A stretch of 63,973 bases of DNA, filler included, from Licmophora abbreviata (GCA_900291995.1; 17 parts of 17 records of this genome joined end to end with filler, not necessarily neighbours in it); one strand, 5' to 3'; shown: positions 1 to 12,125, counted from the whole stretch's first letter. Program-made: numbers and translations. Notes: generated by a model from the letters alone, not told the origin.

Positions 1-195
1 TCTCAAAGAAAAGGCAGGCAGGTACGACGTGGCTTTCAACGGATATTCGTCGGGCGTGCAGAGGGACGTGAGTCCGACGCGGGTCCGACCGTTGCAACCG
101 TGAGATCGATTCAAGTTGCATGATAGTAGAATTTAGTTTACCTTTACAATTCGTTCGTTGTCTTCAACGCTCAGCAGAGTCATTATTCGGGTCAA

Positions 196-1674
196 TCAAA
201 CTACATCTGCCGCTCTAATTCTCCGCCGGGGATTTCCATTTTCGGTAGTCTCATTGTCGTCCTTCGATTTTGGATGGCGCCGACCTCGATCGCCTGCGAG
301 TGGCACCGGCAAGAAGTCGGGTTCCCGTGAGGACGGAACGAGCAGTGCACGTATGGGATTGCCAGTACCGTACACTTGTTGCCAATTTCGCTTCAGTCCC
401 AAGTCGTAGGGGTTGGTCCAAACTCGATGTTGTCGTTTCGCTCTTCGGCGGTGAGCATAATTCCCGTGAAACTCAATTGTCGTCTGCGCGGTCAACAATA
501 GGTACGCGTGAAATCCACCCAAACACAGTACCGCGAGACCAACCGATAGACACAGCATGAAACAAAACATGAGCGGTGTGCTTTCGTTGGGAGTGGGCGT
601 CCAAGCATAGAGGTGCTCTACATCAAGGCCTTTCTCGCGGGCGGCTCGCACTTGTTTATAGTACGAATGTCCATGCATCTCCTTGAAGGGTTCAAAGCTG
701 ATGATTGCCCCATAGAACATTCCAATGAAGACAAAAAACAAAAAGTTGCAGAAATAGCGATAGTTGAAGTACCCAATGGTGTTGAACATCCTGTGCACAT
801 GACATGACAAGGACGATTTTAGGGACAGGCGTGGTGAATTCACGGGATGAAGCAGTGTTCCAACTTACCAAGGGCAGTAATGGTCCATATTGAGCACAAG
901 TGTCTTGGTAACATGATCATAGTGCGCTCTTGGCGGCTTTGGCTGGTTTGAATACGGACAAAAGCCCCACTCCATCGGTCCCATCAGCATCCACGAGCGG
1001 GGTCTAGTAGGTGCCTCTCCATCGGCACTGGCGGCAGTGCTTGTACTCCGATTGCTGCCGGCGCCTGCTTTTCGATGCGTAATACTGTTGTTGTTGCTAT
1101 CATTGTTGCTGGCGGGACTCGACAATGCCTCCGCCGCTCGCGCTTGCCGTCGTTCCATACGAAACAACATGCGTTCGCGATAATCTTTCTCCCAATCTTT
1201 GACTTCCGCCGGAGTGTCTGGATACCAAAAGTCAGTGGCGTCCGCGAGTTCCCGGATGACGCGATCGAAGTTGGGTCCCTTGTTGGAGGTCGTCACGCAC
1301 AAGGCGTAATTGTACAAGACACTAAGGAGGACGTATAGGACGTATGCGATGTGGCAGGTCAGTATGAGATTGAGAAAAGGAGATTCAGCGTAGGCCCGGC
1401 GAATCATGGGGAGCATCACTTGAAAGAAGCAGTAGGTCAAGCCAGATGCAATGACAAGCGCAAAGCAAATCAACACGGGTCCGAGCACATAGACCATCCC
1501 ATCCATGACGCAAGTACACCCAGAAATCAACGCATCGACCAATCGAGGAGGAAAGCGGAACGTGAACAGTCGCCCGATCCCAAAGACACGGCGCCGTGAA
1601 GTAGTAGTGGGCGACGACGACGGTCCAGCGGGACTCGCGTTTTGCGCAGTCGGTGCCGAAGGAGCAGACGGCAT
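196..1674 (-). CDS. DHHC-family protein S-acyltransferase (DHYC variant), 2 exons
   Basis: Exon 1 (1674-869) ends KPPRAHYDHVTKTLVLNMDHYCPW. A GT-AG intron (868-791) joins it to MFNTIGYFNYRYF. Hydrophobic TM segments, a TTIE motif and a C-terminal NPYDLG..NW motif are present. Confidence 0.9.
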
Positions 1675-2032
1675 GTCTTTTCGAGGATATACAATATGCA
1701 ATAGGAAAGCGCCACAGGAAAGCAAGTGAGGGTGCGGAGGAGCGCTAGACGACAAGACTTCCTTGCTGTCCTTCCCGCGCCGCGTCGTGATCATCGTCAC
1801 TTCTTGAAATTTGGACGTCTCAAGTTACATTTTTAACCATTTCGACTAGCTAAATACCAAAATGTCAATTTTATAAAAAGATTGACGTAATATGATAAAA
1901 AGAACCAAACTTGGTACTTTTTAGATACTTTTATGAGAGAGCCGTCGACATCATCCATGCATGCATCACTCGTCGTTGCTGCACAAGCCTGTTGCTTTTG
2001 CCGCCCTTCGCCATCCCTAGACAGACCTTACC

Positions 2033-2942
2033 ATGGCCAATAAAGTGCAGAAAGATGAAACGGGGCGGGAGAATGAAGAAACGTACCCTGATTCATCGTC
2101 CTGGAAGGCAAATGATGTCGAGGACGAACTCGTCGTTGTGGATGCGATCCCGGTCATGACCCGCACCCAGATCCGACAGACCATATCGCCGTACTTGCCC
2201 CCTCCAGTGCTTGTGGCCATGAAGCGAGTCGATCCATTGTTGGAACCCTATGTTGGTCCTGAACCCACTTTTACGATTGCAACGACCCTCTTGTTGAGCG
2301 TGATCTTGTGGCAGCTAGTCAAGCTCTTGAGCCATGTGACGAGCGGTCGCGCCATTGCCGAGGACGACGACGAGGAAGACCAGGAGCGCAAAATGGTCGA
2401 TAAGGAANNNNNNNNNNNNNNNNNNNNNNNNNNNNNNNNNNNNNNNNNNNNTTAATTAATTAANNNNNNNNNNNNNNNNNNNNNNNNNNNNNNNNNNNNN
2501 NNNNNNNTCCTTATTGAAAGAGTCGAATAAACGCCTGCATGTCCTCCTTGTACTGGACGCGACACAGCCCGTGCCGCCGGCGGCCGACATCCTGTACCAG
2601 CTCTTTCACGTAGCACACCAGTATCCCCGGATGATCTTTGTCTATGTGGCATGCAACAAGTCAGACCTGCCCAATTCCAAAAATTCGAAACGCATTCGGA
2701 TTCAATTGCGGACGGAGTTAGAACGAATGCTCAAGCTGGAGTCCTCAAAACGTATGGACGGCGATACAGCAAAGAGCGACGACAAGTTGTGGTGGCCTCC
2801 AGGGAAACCACTCGACATGGATCATATTGGCTCATTGGCGTTGGCACATCTCGAGTTTGCGTCCATTTCTTGCGAGAATGGTGATGGAATGGACAAGGTT
2901 CGAGCCTTTTGCAAGGGAGCAATCCCGGATATCAACAGCTAA
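2033..2942 (+). CDS. SRPRB: Signal recognition particle receptor beta subunit-like GTPase (interrupted by assembly gap 2408-2507)
   Basis: N-terminal single TM anchor before the gap. After the gap come VLLVLDAT, ACNKSDL (G4 NKxD) and LRTELERM, typical of SR-beta. The P-loop is probably lost in the gap. Confidence 0.7.
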
Positions 2943-2963
2943 TAGTAAGAAGAATGAAGTGCA

Positions 2964-4156
2964 CTAGTTGTTCTTGACAGCGTACGGCCAGATCGCCCCA
3001 GGCTCTTTCTTGCCAAGAATAACCGATAGCTCGCGTTTGCCCGATTCAGCATCGTCTTGTATTGTATAGGTTGAATCGTCTACAGCAACCCTGCCTCCTG
3101 TCGATCCTTGTGCCAACGTTTGTCCCGCAGCCGTAACCTTCAATGTGTCGCGGCCAAACTGGATCTTGACGTATTTGGCCTTTGTGCCCGACGCCACGGA
3201 AAACTTCAACTCAACTTCGTCGTCTGTCTGGGTCCAGTCGAGACCAGGACCTTGCTTCTGACGCTGTTGATTCGAGTCGAGCGTTTGAGACAAGGACCCG
3301 CTCAACGACGCCGCGGCGGCAGTCCCAGACCCCCCTCCACCGCCCGAAGACCGCGCCACCAGACACCAGTCTGCAGACGGACTGGTATCTTCCACGCGAA
3401 AGTCAAGTCGTTCCCACACATCGATATCTTCTTGGTCGCGGTACCGTCCGACGAAGACGTCGCCGTAAACACCAGGTGGTTGATTCGGATTGTCGGACGG
3501 CGGCAGTGCGTGACCGCATGATTGCATGAGCGCTGTGGCGCGGGTATTCAAGGCAAGTCCTCGGCTACGCGCATCGTCAGCACCATACATACTGACAGCC
3601 GTATACTGATTGCCTTTTGTCGGCACAGTCAACGCCATGATTTCGCACGACGGAGAAGTGTGGGTCGAGCTGTTGTGAAGCAAAGAGAGATGAAAGTAGA
3701 TTGTAAGCACAACCTTCACATCAGTACAAGCATATACAGGAAGATGAAATCGAGGATCATCTACCTACCGCACAAGTTCAACGAGCGCATCATCGTCCAT
3801 CTTGTCTATTTGTGCCTTTGCATTCGGATTTCCCGACAAGATCTGAGAGCGGACCTGATCGGCGAGCGTTTTTCGTTCTTGTACACTGGCGTTCTTCAGT
3901 ACCTCTGGAGATAATGGAAAAAGCTCAAAGACAAGGTTAGTATTTTTCTCCCTACGTCAAAAAATAGAGCACTGAATTAAAGCAACGTACCTGCTCTAGC
4001 ATCGCCGCCGCTCTGCTGATGAAAGAAGTCCTTCGCCATCTTGACGAGATGATCATCAGACAGACCTCCGGCACTTGAGCCTTCCCTTAGCTCCATTTCA
4101 GATTCCTCATTCGCAGGGATAAAGACAAACGAAAACGTGCCAGATAAGGACGACAT
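2964..4156 (-). CDS. CS (p23/NudC-like) domain protein, probably 3 exons
   Basis: C-terminal WTQTDDEVELKF..VKIQF..LKV..DDSTYTI CS domain. Upstream exons read from ATG 4156 (MSSLSGTFSFVFIPA..) via GT-AG introns at about 3990-3905 and 3768-3670. Confidence 0.75.
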
Positions 4157-4460
4157 GGTGGGGTGGCGTCTTCAACAAATCGATAATCTAATCTACGATT
4201 TGTGTTGGTTTGTCATGGTCGAGTTGCGTCTTCGTCCGATCTTGGTCCTTGGTCCGTCCCCTTCTAGCCTGACGGATACAGGGACAGACTTTGGCGCCAA
4301 AATGAATGACTTCACACGTGACTGACGTCACTCATGACTTGAAGCACAATGATGTGTTTTGTGTTTTCCGCATCTGCTGTGCTGGTTGTGCCATGTCGCT
4401 CGAAGCATTGCGTTGTCGTTCTGTGTATCATCTTTTACTGACGAGAAGAGCGGAAGAACC

Positions 4461-5516
4461 ATGAAGTCGATTGTGTCAGTTCTGGTCACCGCTTTTTTGG
4501 GAGGCTCGTCGAACGCATTTGTCAACTTGGCGCCTGCTGCGAGAGGTGCGACAACGCAGACCACTGTTACGCAGCCCATTCTTCAACGAACCCGTGGCGC
4601 CGCAGATGTACTTCAGGTCCAGAAACCAGGTTTCCCGTCAGTGGCTCTTTCCATGTTGGACGAAGAGAAAAAGTTCGGTGGCTACACGGTCAAACAACGC
4701 TTGAGAGAGGAGGTAGAGAGTCCCTTTCGTACTGCACGACTTTTCTTCTTCGGGTCGTCGACCGGATCTGCACTGGTAGCCTTTTACTTTTCGCTGCTGA
4801 CGCTGCTCAAATCGTATTCTGGGTTTTCCGATGCTCCTCCTATGGAAGATGCCCTACAGTCAGTGGGAATCAATGTTGCTGCCGTCGCTATTTGCGGATT
4901 CATTACGTATCGAGACTGGCAAGCCGGAGAAACCAATCTGAAGAGGATTGCCAAGGGCGGGGCGTTGGCCAAACTGGTAGTTACGGCACCAGATGGTGTC
5001 CCAACACCCCTGAACGAGTATCGACGCAAGGCGCGTGTCCTGATTTGTGCTGGGGGCAGAGACTACATTTCACAAGTCTGCCGTTCTCTCAATGCCGACC
5101 AACTCAAAGATGAGAATACGATCCCCGCGGCTCTGAAAGAATCAGACGTCATGGTGGTACCAGTTTTGTTGGAAGGTGACGGTACCAAAGTTGGTGACAG
5201 TGTGACAACGTGGAAGTCGACAGAGCCCGTGGAAGGTGAAGATCTCAAGTTCAGTGTGGACCGAGCTCAGCAAGTTGTAGCTTTTCCTCGAGGTTCAGGT
5301 GCCTGGGCCGAGTATCTTGAATCCGAGGTGGAAACTGCGACGAAGCAAGGATTCAATGTTATGGAAAAAGGGTTCATCATTCTCGTGAAGAAAAATGGGA
5401 AGATTTTACGGAGGGCCACAGGACTACCACCGTGGGGTGATCTCGTTGGCACCATGGAGGTTATGGACGGCAGCAAGTTTGGTATGCCGGGCGACGACGA
5501 GCGGTATGGATCGTAG
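4461..5516 (+). CDS. Plastid LPA1-like (DUF3493) photosystem II assembly factor
   Basis: Bipartite presequence (SNA-FVNLAP), LREEVESPFRTARLFFF motif, two TM helices, and a C-terminal KKNGKILRRATGLPPW. Confidence 0.75.
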   Translation: MKSIVSVLVTAFLGGSSNAFVNLAPAARGATTQTTVTQPILQRTRGAADVLQVQKPGFPSVALSMLDEEKKFGGYTVKQRLREEVESPFRTARLFFFGSSTGSALVAFYFSLLTLLKSYSGFSDAPPMEDALQSVGINVAAVAICGFITYRDWQAGETNLKRIAKGGALAKLVVTAPDGVPTPLNEYRRKARVLICAGGRDYISQVCRSLNADQLKDENTIPAALKESDVMVVPVLLEGDGTKVGDSVTTWKSTEPVEGEDLKFSVDRAQQVVAFPRGSGAWAEYLESEVETATKQGFNVMEKGFIILVKKNGKILRRATGLPPWGDLVGTMEVMDGSKFGMPGDDERYGS

Positions 5517-6064
5517 AAGTGGACCGTATATCTGAGATTCTTTGAGATAAAGCTAGAAGANNNNNNNNNNNNNNNNNNNNNNNNNNNNNNNNNNNNNNNN
5601 NNNNTTAATTAATTAANNNNNNNNNNNNNNNNNNNNNNNNNNNNNNNNNNNNNNNNNNNNAGCTAGAAGAGTCCATGGAAAGTATCGCATCTACAGTAGT
5701 ATAAGCGTACCATACATAAGGATCAAGCATAGGTAAGTCGTTGAGGAGCACATATACTTCCGAATAGATGATGGATCTCAATAGAGCAATGCGGTGTCGC
5801 CTGGCCGAAGTCCGACAAGGGGGAGCGCCTGATGTAGATGATGACTAGGCGAGTGTGCGAGAGGCGCGCGACAACGCGATGATGACGCGTTTGTCGTGTG
5901 TGCCTTTTTTCAGCCGCTGCATGATGATGATGTCAAAAGCTCTGTGCTGCACTCGAACAGTACAATCGGTCTCGTCTTCGCCGCGTTGCTGCAGGAGCAA
6001 ACCGCACTATTATAGCCGCTTTTATCGCCACATACGGATTTCTAGGTCGACCAACCTCTAAGAT

Positions 6065-6403
6065 ATGTTCTCTTTGATTTGTCAATGCAGCAATCTGCAA
6101 TTTCGACCCCAAGTGATACTACGACGGGCTATTGGTGCCCCCGCTGTCCGTCACATGGCCACGAAGAAGCAAGGGGGCTCCACTACCAATGGGCGCGATT
6201 CTGCTGGCCGTCGACTAGGCATTAAAATCTTTCCGGGGCAACCTGCTAAGGCAGGATCTATTTTAGTGAGGCAACGAGGGATGAAATTCAAAGCTGGAGA
6301 TGGCGTCGGCGTCGGCAAGGACCACACCCTCTTTGCCAAGATGGCGGGATTAGTGCGATATACTCGCACCGAGCGAAAGCGAAACGTAGTTCATGTTGTC
6401 TAG
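6065..6403 (+). CDS. MRPL27: Mitochondrial ribosomal protein bL27m
   Basis: [42 protein letters not shown]27 signature after an Arg-rich presequence. Confidence 0.93.
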   Translation: MFSLICQCSNLQFRPQVILRRAIGAPAVRHMATKKQGGSTTNGRDSAGRRLGIKIFPGQPAKAGSILVRQRGMKFKAGDGVGVGKDHTLFAKMAGLVRYTRTERKRNVVHVV

Positions 6404-6484
6404 TACTTTCGTAAAAGTTGGAATTGAACTTTGGTAATTAATTTGGTAGTTTCTACATTGCATGTTACCGGTATCTATCATACT

Positions 6485-8635
6485 CTAATACTGCTCAAAG
6501 TCAAGGTCGCAGACGAGTGACACGTGGTCGCTAGGAAGTGATTTGCTTGGCATGGCCTCCTCCTGTTGAACTTCTTCTTCTGTCAGCGTTGGAGCGTATG
6601 ACTTGGAAGTCAAACCAAAAGGCTCTCTCTCTGAGACTTGAGATGTCAATATGTAGTCGAGCGTGCCTGAGAACTCGCGAATGTAGTGAGTGAACGGAGG
6701 CGCCTCCGTGTACCCTGAGGCAAGCATGGGGAACGAATCTGGCAGCGAAATTGAGACCGGAGAAAGCGCTCCATCATCCTTCTTGTCTTTATTCTCCCAG
6801 CAATATGTGTTTAGAGTTCGCCACGTACGGTGGTCCACTGGCACGGTTCGATTCGAGATGAGATGGACGGCACCCGAGTCAGAAGTCGAGTTCAAGTCGC
6901 CGCAGAAGAGCAGCGGCGAGCCTGCTCGTACTTTCTCGAGATGATGGCAGACCATATACAGCTGCATCAATCGAATATGACTTCCCATGGGATGGAAGAA
7001 CAAGTGCGTGTTTGCGAGCGTCAGCTTGCGGGGCCTCGAAGTGGAGGAATCCTTCAGTGTGAGTGTCGCCACTTGCAAAACGTGCCCTGTCTTTTGTTCA
7101 ACAACGCTCCTGAGATCTTCGTCTTGTTCCAGCAAGTGCTTTATATCAAGCATTGACTTCCAGTCACTTAAGCACACCATCTCGTCTGACGCAGGGAACA
7201 GGCGCTGAATCGCAAACGACTTCATCTCTCCCTCTTCCGCCATCTCAAATGTCGAAAGCGACCAGAACATCGCGATCCCTTCAGATGACCCCAGCTTCTT
7301 TCGATAATATCCTTGATAACCCATTGCTTCCATCGTCGGTAGGAACAGACTTTCAAATATTAGCTTGTCGACCTCCTGGAGGCACACCACGTCCGCGTAG
7401 TACGAAAGGATCTCGTGAACAATCAAGGGAAAGCGTCGACCACGTTTCAAATATTCGGTGGCGCAGTAGGGATAGAATGGTCGCATCCCTCGATTGTCAT
7501 GAAAGGCGTTAACATCCGCAAGGACGTTGTAGGACAAGACGCGCAAGCTGGTGTCCGAGGGCGAACGTGGTCGCGTCCATTCATGTCGTTTGTTCAAGAT
7601 AGTATTTTCTGGTCGCTCCTCCACGCAATTTAGAAACTCATAGGCCTCTTCGTACCCATAACCCTCATGTCCAAGTCGCATAGGTCTAATGAGTACCGCT
7701 ACATGCTTCCCAAGATCCGCATCAGTAGGCGTGTACACCCGACTGTCATTCGACACGAGTTCCCCGTCGACATACCAATCAACGATCGCGTGAGTGGCAA
7801 AGAGCAAATCGATGTCAAGCACCAAAATAACCCCAATATACACTTTTCCTTCCAAGTTTTCAAAGGCTTGAACGGCGATGATCGTCGGGGGACACGAGTC
7901 CACCTTTATCGGAATGGTGGCACCAGCAGACTCAATACACAACGAAAGCTGAACCGTGCCTTGGGTAAACTCGGTCGCAAGATGTCTCCAGAATTCACCA
8001 TTTGTTCGACCTAAACTCTTCAGTTTTCTTCTTGACTCGCTGCCATCCTTGTCCATCGACACCCAGAGCGCAGTTTCAGGAGCAGGAGTGTGATTCGGGT
8101 GCTTGTTCTTCGACTCCCTCTGATTCCGTAAGAATGCTCTCCCTTTTCGCATGTCCGGTGGTAGTGTCGCCTCGATCTTTTTCGATACAGATATTTCCAT
8201 ACGAGCAAGGGCACTCGCGACCTCTTCTTGCGACCCCCGATTCATGTGCAAATGTATGGGCTCCAAAGACTGCAATTCGTCCTGATTGTACAGATACACG
8301 TCCAGCGTCGTCCACCGCACTTGTTCCGAAGTGAGGGCTCTCTGACTCTTTTCTCCCATGGAACCAAAGTCAGATGGTAGCGGCATGGCACTGGAGGGAC
8401 CTTTCCCATGACCACGGTGCTTGGCCAGTAGATCAGACGGTTCCTTCCTTCGAATTGGTTTTCGCAGAATCGCATAGTCACCCTCGACTTCCTCTGGCAG
8501 GATTCTGGCTACCAGTTCGCCTGTCCACCCCGATGATGGTTCTGAATTTGATGACATGAGCGCGACAGCGCTATTTTTTCTTGCGCTGGGAGCTACAGCT
8601 GCGGCGGTCCACATGGCCATTCTCCTGAGCAACAT
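6485..8635 (-). CDS. PDE12: PDE12 / CCR4-nocturnin family EEP phosphodiesterase (likely mitochondrial)
   Basis: VLSYNVLAD, CLQEVD, NTHLFFHP, CGDLNS, TLDYI and PSDH motifs, plus a PDE12-like N-terminal region and presequence. Confidence 0.85.
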   Translation of the reverse strand: MLLRRMAMWTAAAVAPSARKNSAVALMSSNSEPSSGWTGELVARILPEEVEGDYAILRKPIRRKEPSDLLAKHRGHGKGPSSAMPLPSDFGSMGEKSQRALTSEQVRWTTLDVYLYNQDELQSLEPIHLHMNRGSQEEVASALARMEISVSKKIEATLPPDMRKGRAFLRNQRESKNKHPNHTPAPETALWVSMDKDGSESRRKLKSLGRTNGEFWRHLATEFTQGTVQLSLCIESAGATIPIKVDSCPPTIIAVQAFENLEGKVYIGVILVLDIDLLFATHAIVDWYVDGELVSNDSRVYTPTDADLGKHVAVLIRPMRLGHEGYGYEEAYEFLNCVEERPENTILNKRHEWTRPRSPSDTSLRVLSYNVLADVNAFHDNRGMRPFYPYCATEYLKRGRRFPLIVHEILSYYADVVCLQEVDKLIFESLFLPTMEAMGYQGYYRKKLGSSEGIAMFWSLSTFEMAEEGEMKSFAIQRLFPASDEMVCLSDWKSMLDIKHLLEQDEDLRSVVEQKTGHVLQVATLTLKDSSTSRPRKLTLANTHLFFHPMGSHIRLMQLYMVCHHLEKVRAGSPLLFCGDLNSTSDSGAVHLISNRTVPVDHRTWRTLNTYCWENKDKKDDGALSPVSISLPDSFPMLASGYTEAPPFTHYIREFSGTLDYILTSQVSEREPFGLTSKSYAPTLTEEEVQQEEAMPSKSLPSDHVSLVCDLDFEQY

Positions 8636-9018
8636 GCTCTCGACACCTTCATGTTCACATGGGCTTCACTTCGTCGCTTCTCGTTCGTTGTTGATGTGTC
8701 ATGACGACGATGAGTGTCAGACCTCATCTTTTTCGAAGGCGACGAGCAGCGCCCTGTATATTTAGTGCTAGCAGAGCTCGAAGTTTCAATGGCTATGTTG
8801 TGCTTTATCGCCACGCAACCACCGCTGCACTGTAACTAAAGTCGGCGCGTAGTCTCTAGACTAATAGGCAGTGCTTTCAATAAGATGCACTAGTAGCAGT
8901 TTGTCTACATTATAGCTCCCACTGCGTTGCCCTGGCCACTCAACGCAGGCAACATGCAATGGCGCTCCTCATCATCAGGCAGCAGAACAAGTGACACCCG
9001 ATTCGTATTTCCTTAGGT

Positions 9019-9972
9019 TCACTCCAAGAGTGGCCTAGCATCTTCCCATGACTCCCTCGCCTGGACGAAGAGGTTGTCTTCTCCGGTTCTGTGGACTCTC
9101 AAGTCGTCGTCAAGATACAGAACGTCAAAGTACGCTTTTGGAACCTTCTTCGCTGCCTTTTTCCCGAATCGTAAGATGCGCGACACGAACACAATGATTC
9201 TCGTGATGAACGGACCTGGTACTGGAATATACAACGGTAACGTCCTGCCGAACAGAGGAAAGAAGAAGAACTTCGTCAAGATTGCCTTGGCGTATCGAAA
9301 CTGAAGCTCTACGCGTCGCTTGTCGACAGGTGTCGCCCGAATTACAACGTTGAGCTGTTTCAAGACAGGTTCCGAGCCGTCCTCTTTGGTAGCAAAGTCA
9401 ATGACGTTGGTAATTCTTCCTCTACTGGCGTCCACGATGTTCTGCGCCTTTGCACCACCGCGAGTTGAATTCTTACTGAAGGATGCATCTGCAGCAGTGG
9501 TAAACATGAGCTTCCAAGCGCCGTTGAGTGGCGCCAAGGTCCCATTCTGTTTGTCACCCAGATACTGCGTAGGTTCGTCAGTAGGAGACACTTTGGCCAG
9601 CTTGTCGCAGACGTCCATAACGTCGTCTGCAGCCTTTCCAACATCCTTCGAAATCGAATAGTAATCAACCTTTTGAGGAGCTCTTGAGGTTTCATTCAGC
9701 TCGCCGCCCTTGACACCGAAGTCAATCGAAAAGTCGCCATCTCGTTCCTGCAGCTCTCTCAGTCTGGAAACAGTCGTCAGCAATGATGATTTCAGAGCGA
9801 CTGCCTCGACACTTGGCCCCGAAACAGCACGCAAGCGGGTGGGGGTTTCCTGCGTGAGAATCCTTGTGAAAGCGACATTTTGCCGGCTACTCGGATGTCC
9901 CGCAAAGGCGTCGGAAAAGAAAGGGAGAACCCACAATAAGGCACCTATCGAACAAAATAATCTGCGCGGCAT
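9019..9972 (-). CDS. PAP/fibrillin family plastid lipid-associated protein
   Basis: Signal peptide plus SDA-FA cleavage motif, LNGAWKLMFTT, and YFDVLYLDDDLRVHRTGEDNLFV. Confidence 0.85.
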   Translation of the reverse strand: MPRRLFCSIGALLWVLPFFSDAFAGHPSSRQNVAFTRILTQETPTRLRAVSGPSVEAVALKSSLLTTVSRLRELQERDGDFSIDFGVKGGELNETSRAPQKVDYYSISKDVGKAADDVMDVCDKLAKVSPTDEPTQYLGDKQNGTLAPLNGAWKLMFTTAADASFSKNSTRGGAKAQNIVDASRGRITNVIDFATKEDGSEPVLKQLNVVIRATPVDKRRVELQFRYAKAILTKFFFFPLFGRTLPLYIPVPGPFITRIIVFVSRILRFGKKAAKKVPKAYFDVLYLDDDLRVHRTGEDNLFVQARESWEDARPLLE

Positions 9973-10281
9973 ATTGAGCTGTTCCAAGTGGCTGATTCGA
10001 TGATACAATGGGCTGTTTGGTTGACCAAAACACAGTCGAGCTGATAATGATGATGCTAATTACACCACGTGCTGAGAGAATCTCACCGCTCATTATCGCA
10101 TGTCACCAATTTCGGGACTGAATCATCAGTCACAGATGAGTCACAGTTCCAACTGACTGGTGACTCATCGATTTCGTCGCTACAAAAATGCAGCATTTTG
10201 TTCATCTTTGCTGTGTTGCCGTCGCAAGTTCTAGATAGATACAGCAAGATGCTTCCAAATAGGTTTTGTGATTTGCATGTC

Positions 10282-11784
10282 TTACGTCCTGCCTAAGGCT
10301 GCCTTGTAACAAGAGAGCGTTTCGTCGAACAATTTCCCCAGCATCGCTTGCTTGGCTTCTTTCGTAGGAACACTGCCTAGCTCTTCCTTGTGCACACGGA
10401 GCAATCGCTTCTTGACCATGAGCCGATATTTCTTTGTTAAAGTCACACCACTCTCTTCACCGGGGAGGAGCGACAACTTGTACATTTCGTGAGCAACCTG
10501 AACCTGTCGCGGTGTAAGCCGACTTATTGCACCGGCAACTATCGCGTCCGACTCTGACAAGGGAACAAAGTAGGTATCGTCGGATGGATCGGAAGCCGTG
10601 TACTTTTCAGGCAACCAAGGCGTGTCATTCGATAGTGAATCTTGGAGTCTTTCAAAATCTACACGATTGCGTAGGGCGACAAAGCCTGGAGCTGGGTCTT
10701 CGACGTTGATTTCCACAATATCTTTCGATTGACTGAGCTCGGACAAGACATAGTCGTCGTGCATCACTTTGAGGAGGGTTTTCCCATGCCCCGAGCGTTG
10801 AAAAGGTGGAAGAATCAAAGCTTGGCAGACACGAGCCACGATGCCGGGCTTGGGCTTTTTGAAGGGTGCCTCAAAATGAAAGACTGTCATGTAACCAGCG
10901 AGTGCGTACCGTTGAGGACGGTACTCACAAAATAGATACAAAACCTTCCAGTAGCCTCCCTCGCCCCCATCCGAGGTGACATCCACATCTTGCGCCGTCT
11001 CAATAAACCAGAGGGCAAGGCGTTGAACTTGTGCATGGTATTCGGTGGCTTGGGCGCCGTCTGCCACTGTGACAACAAAGTCTTGGTCCTTGCGGCGGTA
11101 GCGACGCAGCACCGTTCCGACGGGCTCGGGCAGATAATCGTCCACCACAGTGGATGGATTGTCAATGGCACGTTTAGGAAGACCCTTGTCAAGAGACAGA
11201 AGAATCTCCTCGACCGGTATGGGTGGACTTTGGTAGCCGGCGCTTTCGGTGTTCTCATGCGTCCATCTGCCGCGACCGAGACTCGCGGGTGACGAATCGT
11301 CAAGGCCATCCGCATTCGAGGAACCCGAATTTCCTTTGTCTCCACCACTCTTGTCAATGTTTAAATCCTCATTTTCTCCCGCACTCCCACCATTCGCAGT
11401 CAGTCGAGGTCGCTTGAACGAACGAGATGAGTCGACCATCCAAGATGTTGCCTTGGGCACCGCGCTCACGTCGACAGACGACATGCGACAGGAGGGTGAG
11501 AGCGCAATTTCCACTTGTAGTTCATGGGAGGTCTCTTCATCATTGTGATGAACATGCGACGAGTGCGATTTTACTGCCGCGTCCGTCATTATTCGGCGGA
11601 ACGGCTGGTATCCGCGGATCCATTCGCCCTCAAAGATTTGATGCGTGAATTCGGGACGAAAAGACGAAGACAGGAAGGAAAACGAGAGACACAGTGCAGC
11701 CGAAGACATTTCTGGATCATCTTGTTTGGAAGAAACATTGAAGACGGTCGCATCAGCGGCGTTATCATCACCGGTCGACGCCAT
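10282..11784 (-). CDS. HAT1: Histone acetyltransferase type B catalytic subunit
   Basis: FRPEFTHQIF, QRLALWFIE, RVCQALILPPFQRSGHG (acetyl-CoA motif), VEDPAPGF and YRLMVKKRL. Confidence 0.88.
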   Translation of the reverse strand: MASTGDDNAADATVFNVSSKQDDPEMSSAALCLSFSFLSSSFRPEFTHQIFEGEWIRGYQPFRRIMTDAAVKSHSSHVHHNDEETSHELQVEIALSPSCRMSSVDVSAVPKATSWMVDSSRSFKRPRLTANGGSAGENEDLNIDKSGGDKGNSGSSNADGLDDSSPASLGRGRWTHENTESAGYQSPPIPVEEILLSLDKGLPKRAIDNPSTVVDDYLPEPVGTVLRRYRRKDQDFVVTVADGAQATEYHAQVQRLALWFIETAQDVDVTSDGGEGGYWKVLYLFCEYRPQRYALAGYMTVFHFEAPFKKPKPGIVARVCQALILPPFQRSGHGKTLLKVMHDDYVLSELSQSKDIVEINVEDPAPGFVALRNRVDFERLQDSLSNDTPWLPEKYTASDPSDDTYFVPLSESDAIVAGAISRLTPRQVQVAHEMYKLSLLPGEESGVTLTKKYRLMVKKRLLRVHKEELGSVPTKEAKQAMLGKLFDETLSCYKAALGRT

Positions 11785-12125
11785 GGCCAGTCGCTGATGT
11801 TGTCCGTCGTCGCATCGCGATCGCCGCCGGAGTGTGTTTGTGTTGTCATTGTGATTACGCAAACCCGGAAGTTTGGAGCAGCGCGCAAACATTTCCAAAT
11901 TTCGCGTCAAAAAGCGTTCGTCGTAGCCGTCGCCACGCCCACACAGCTCTCTCGCCGCGTTGACGAACCAATTTATCGCGGGCTGTCCTGTGCGGAGCTG
12001 CCAAGCTTCGAATGCATGCTTGCCACTACTTTAGGAAGAGCGGAACGCTACGCTATCTCAGGTTCACAAAAATTGAAAGCAACTTTCCGCCACTTTAGTT
12101 TTCCTGCCAACGCGTGAGCTCAAAA

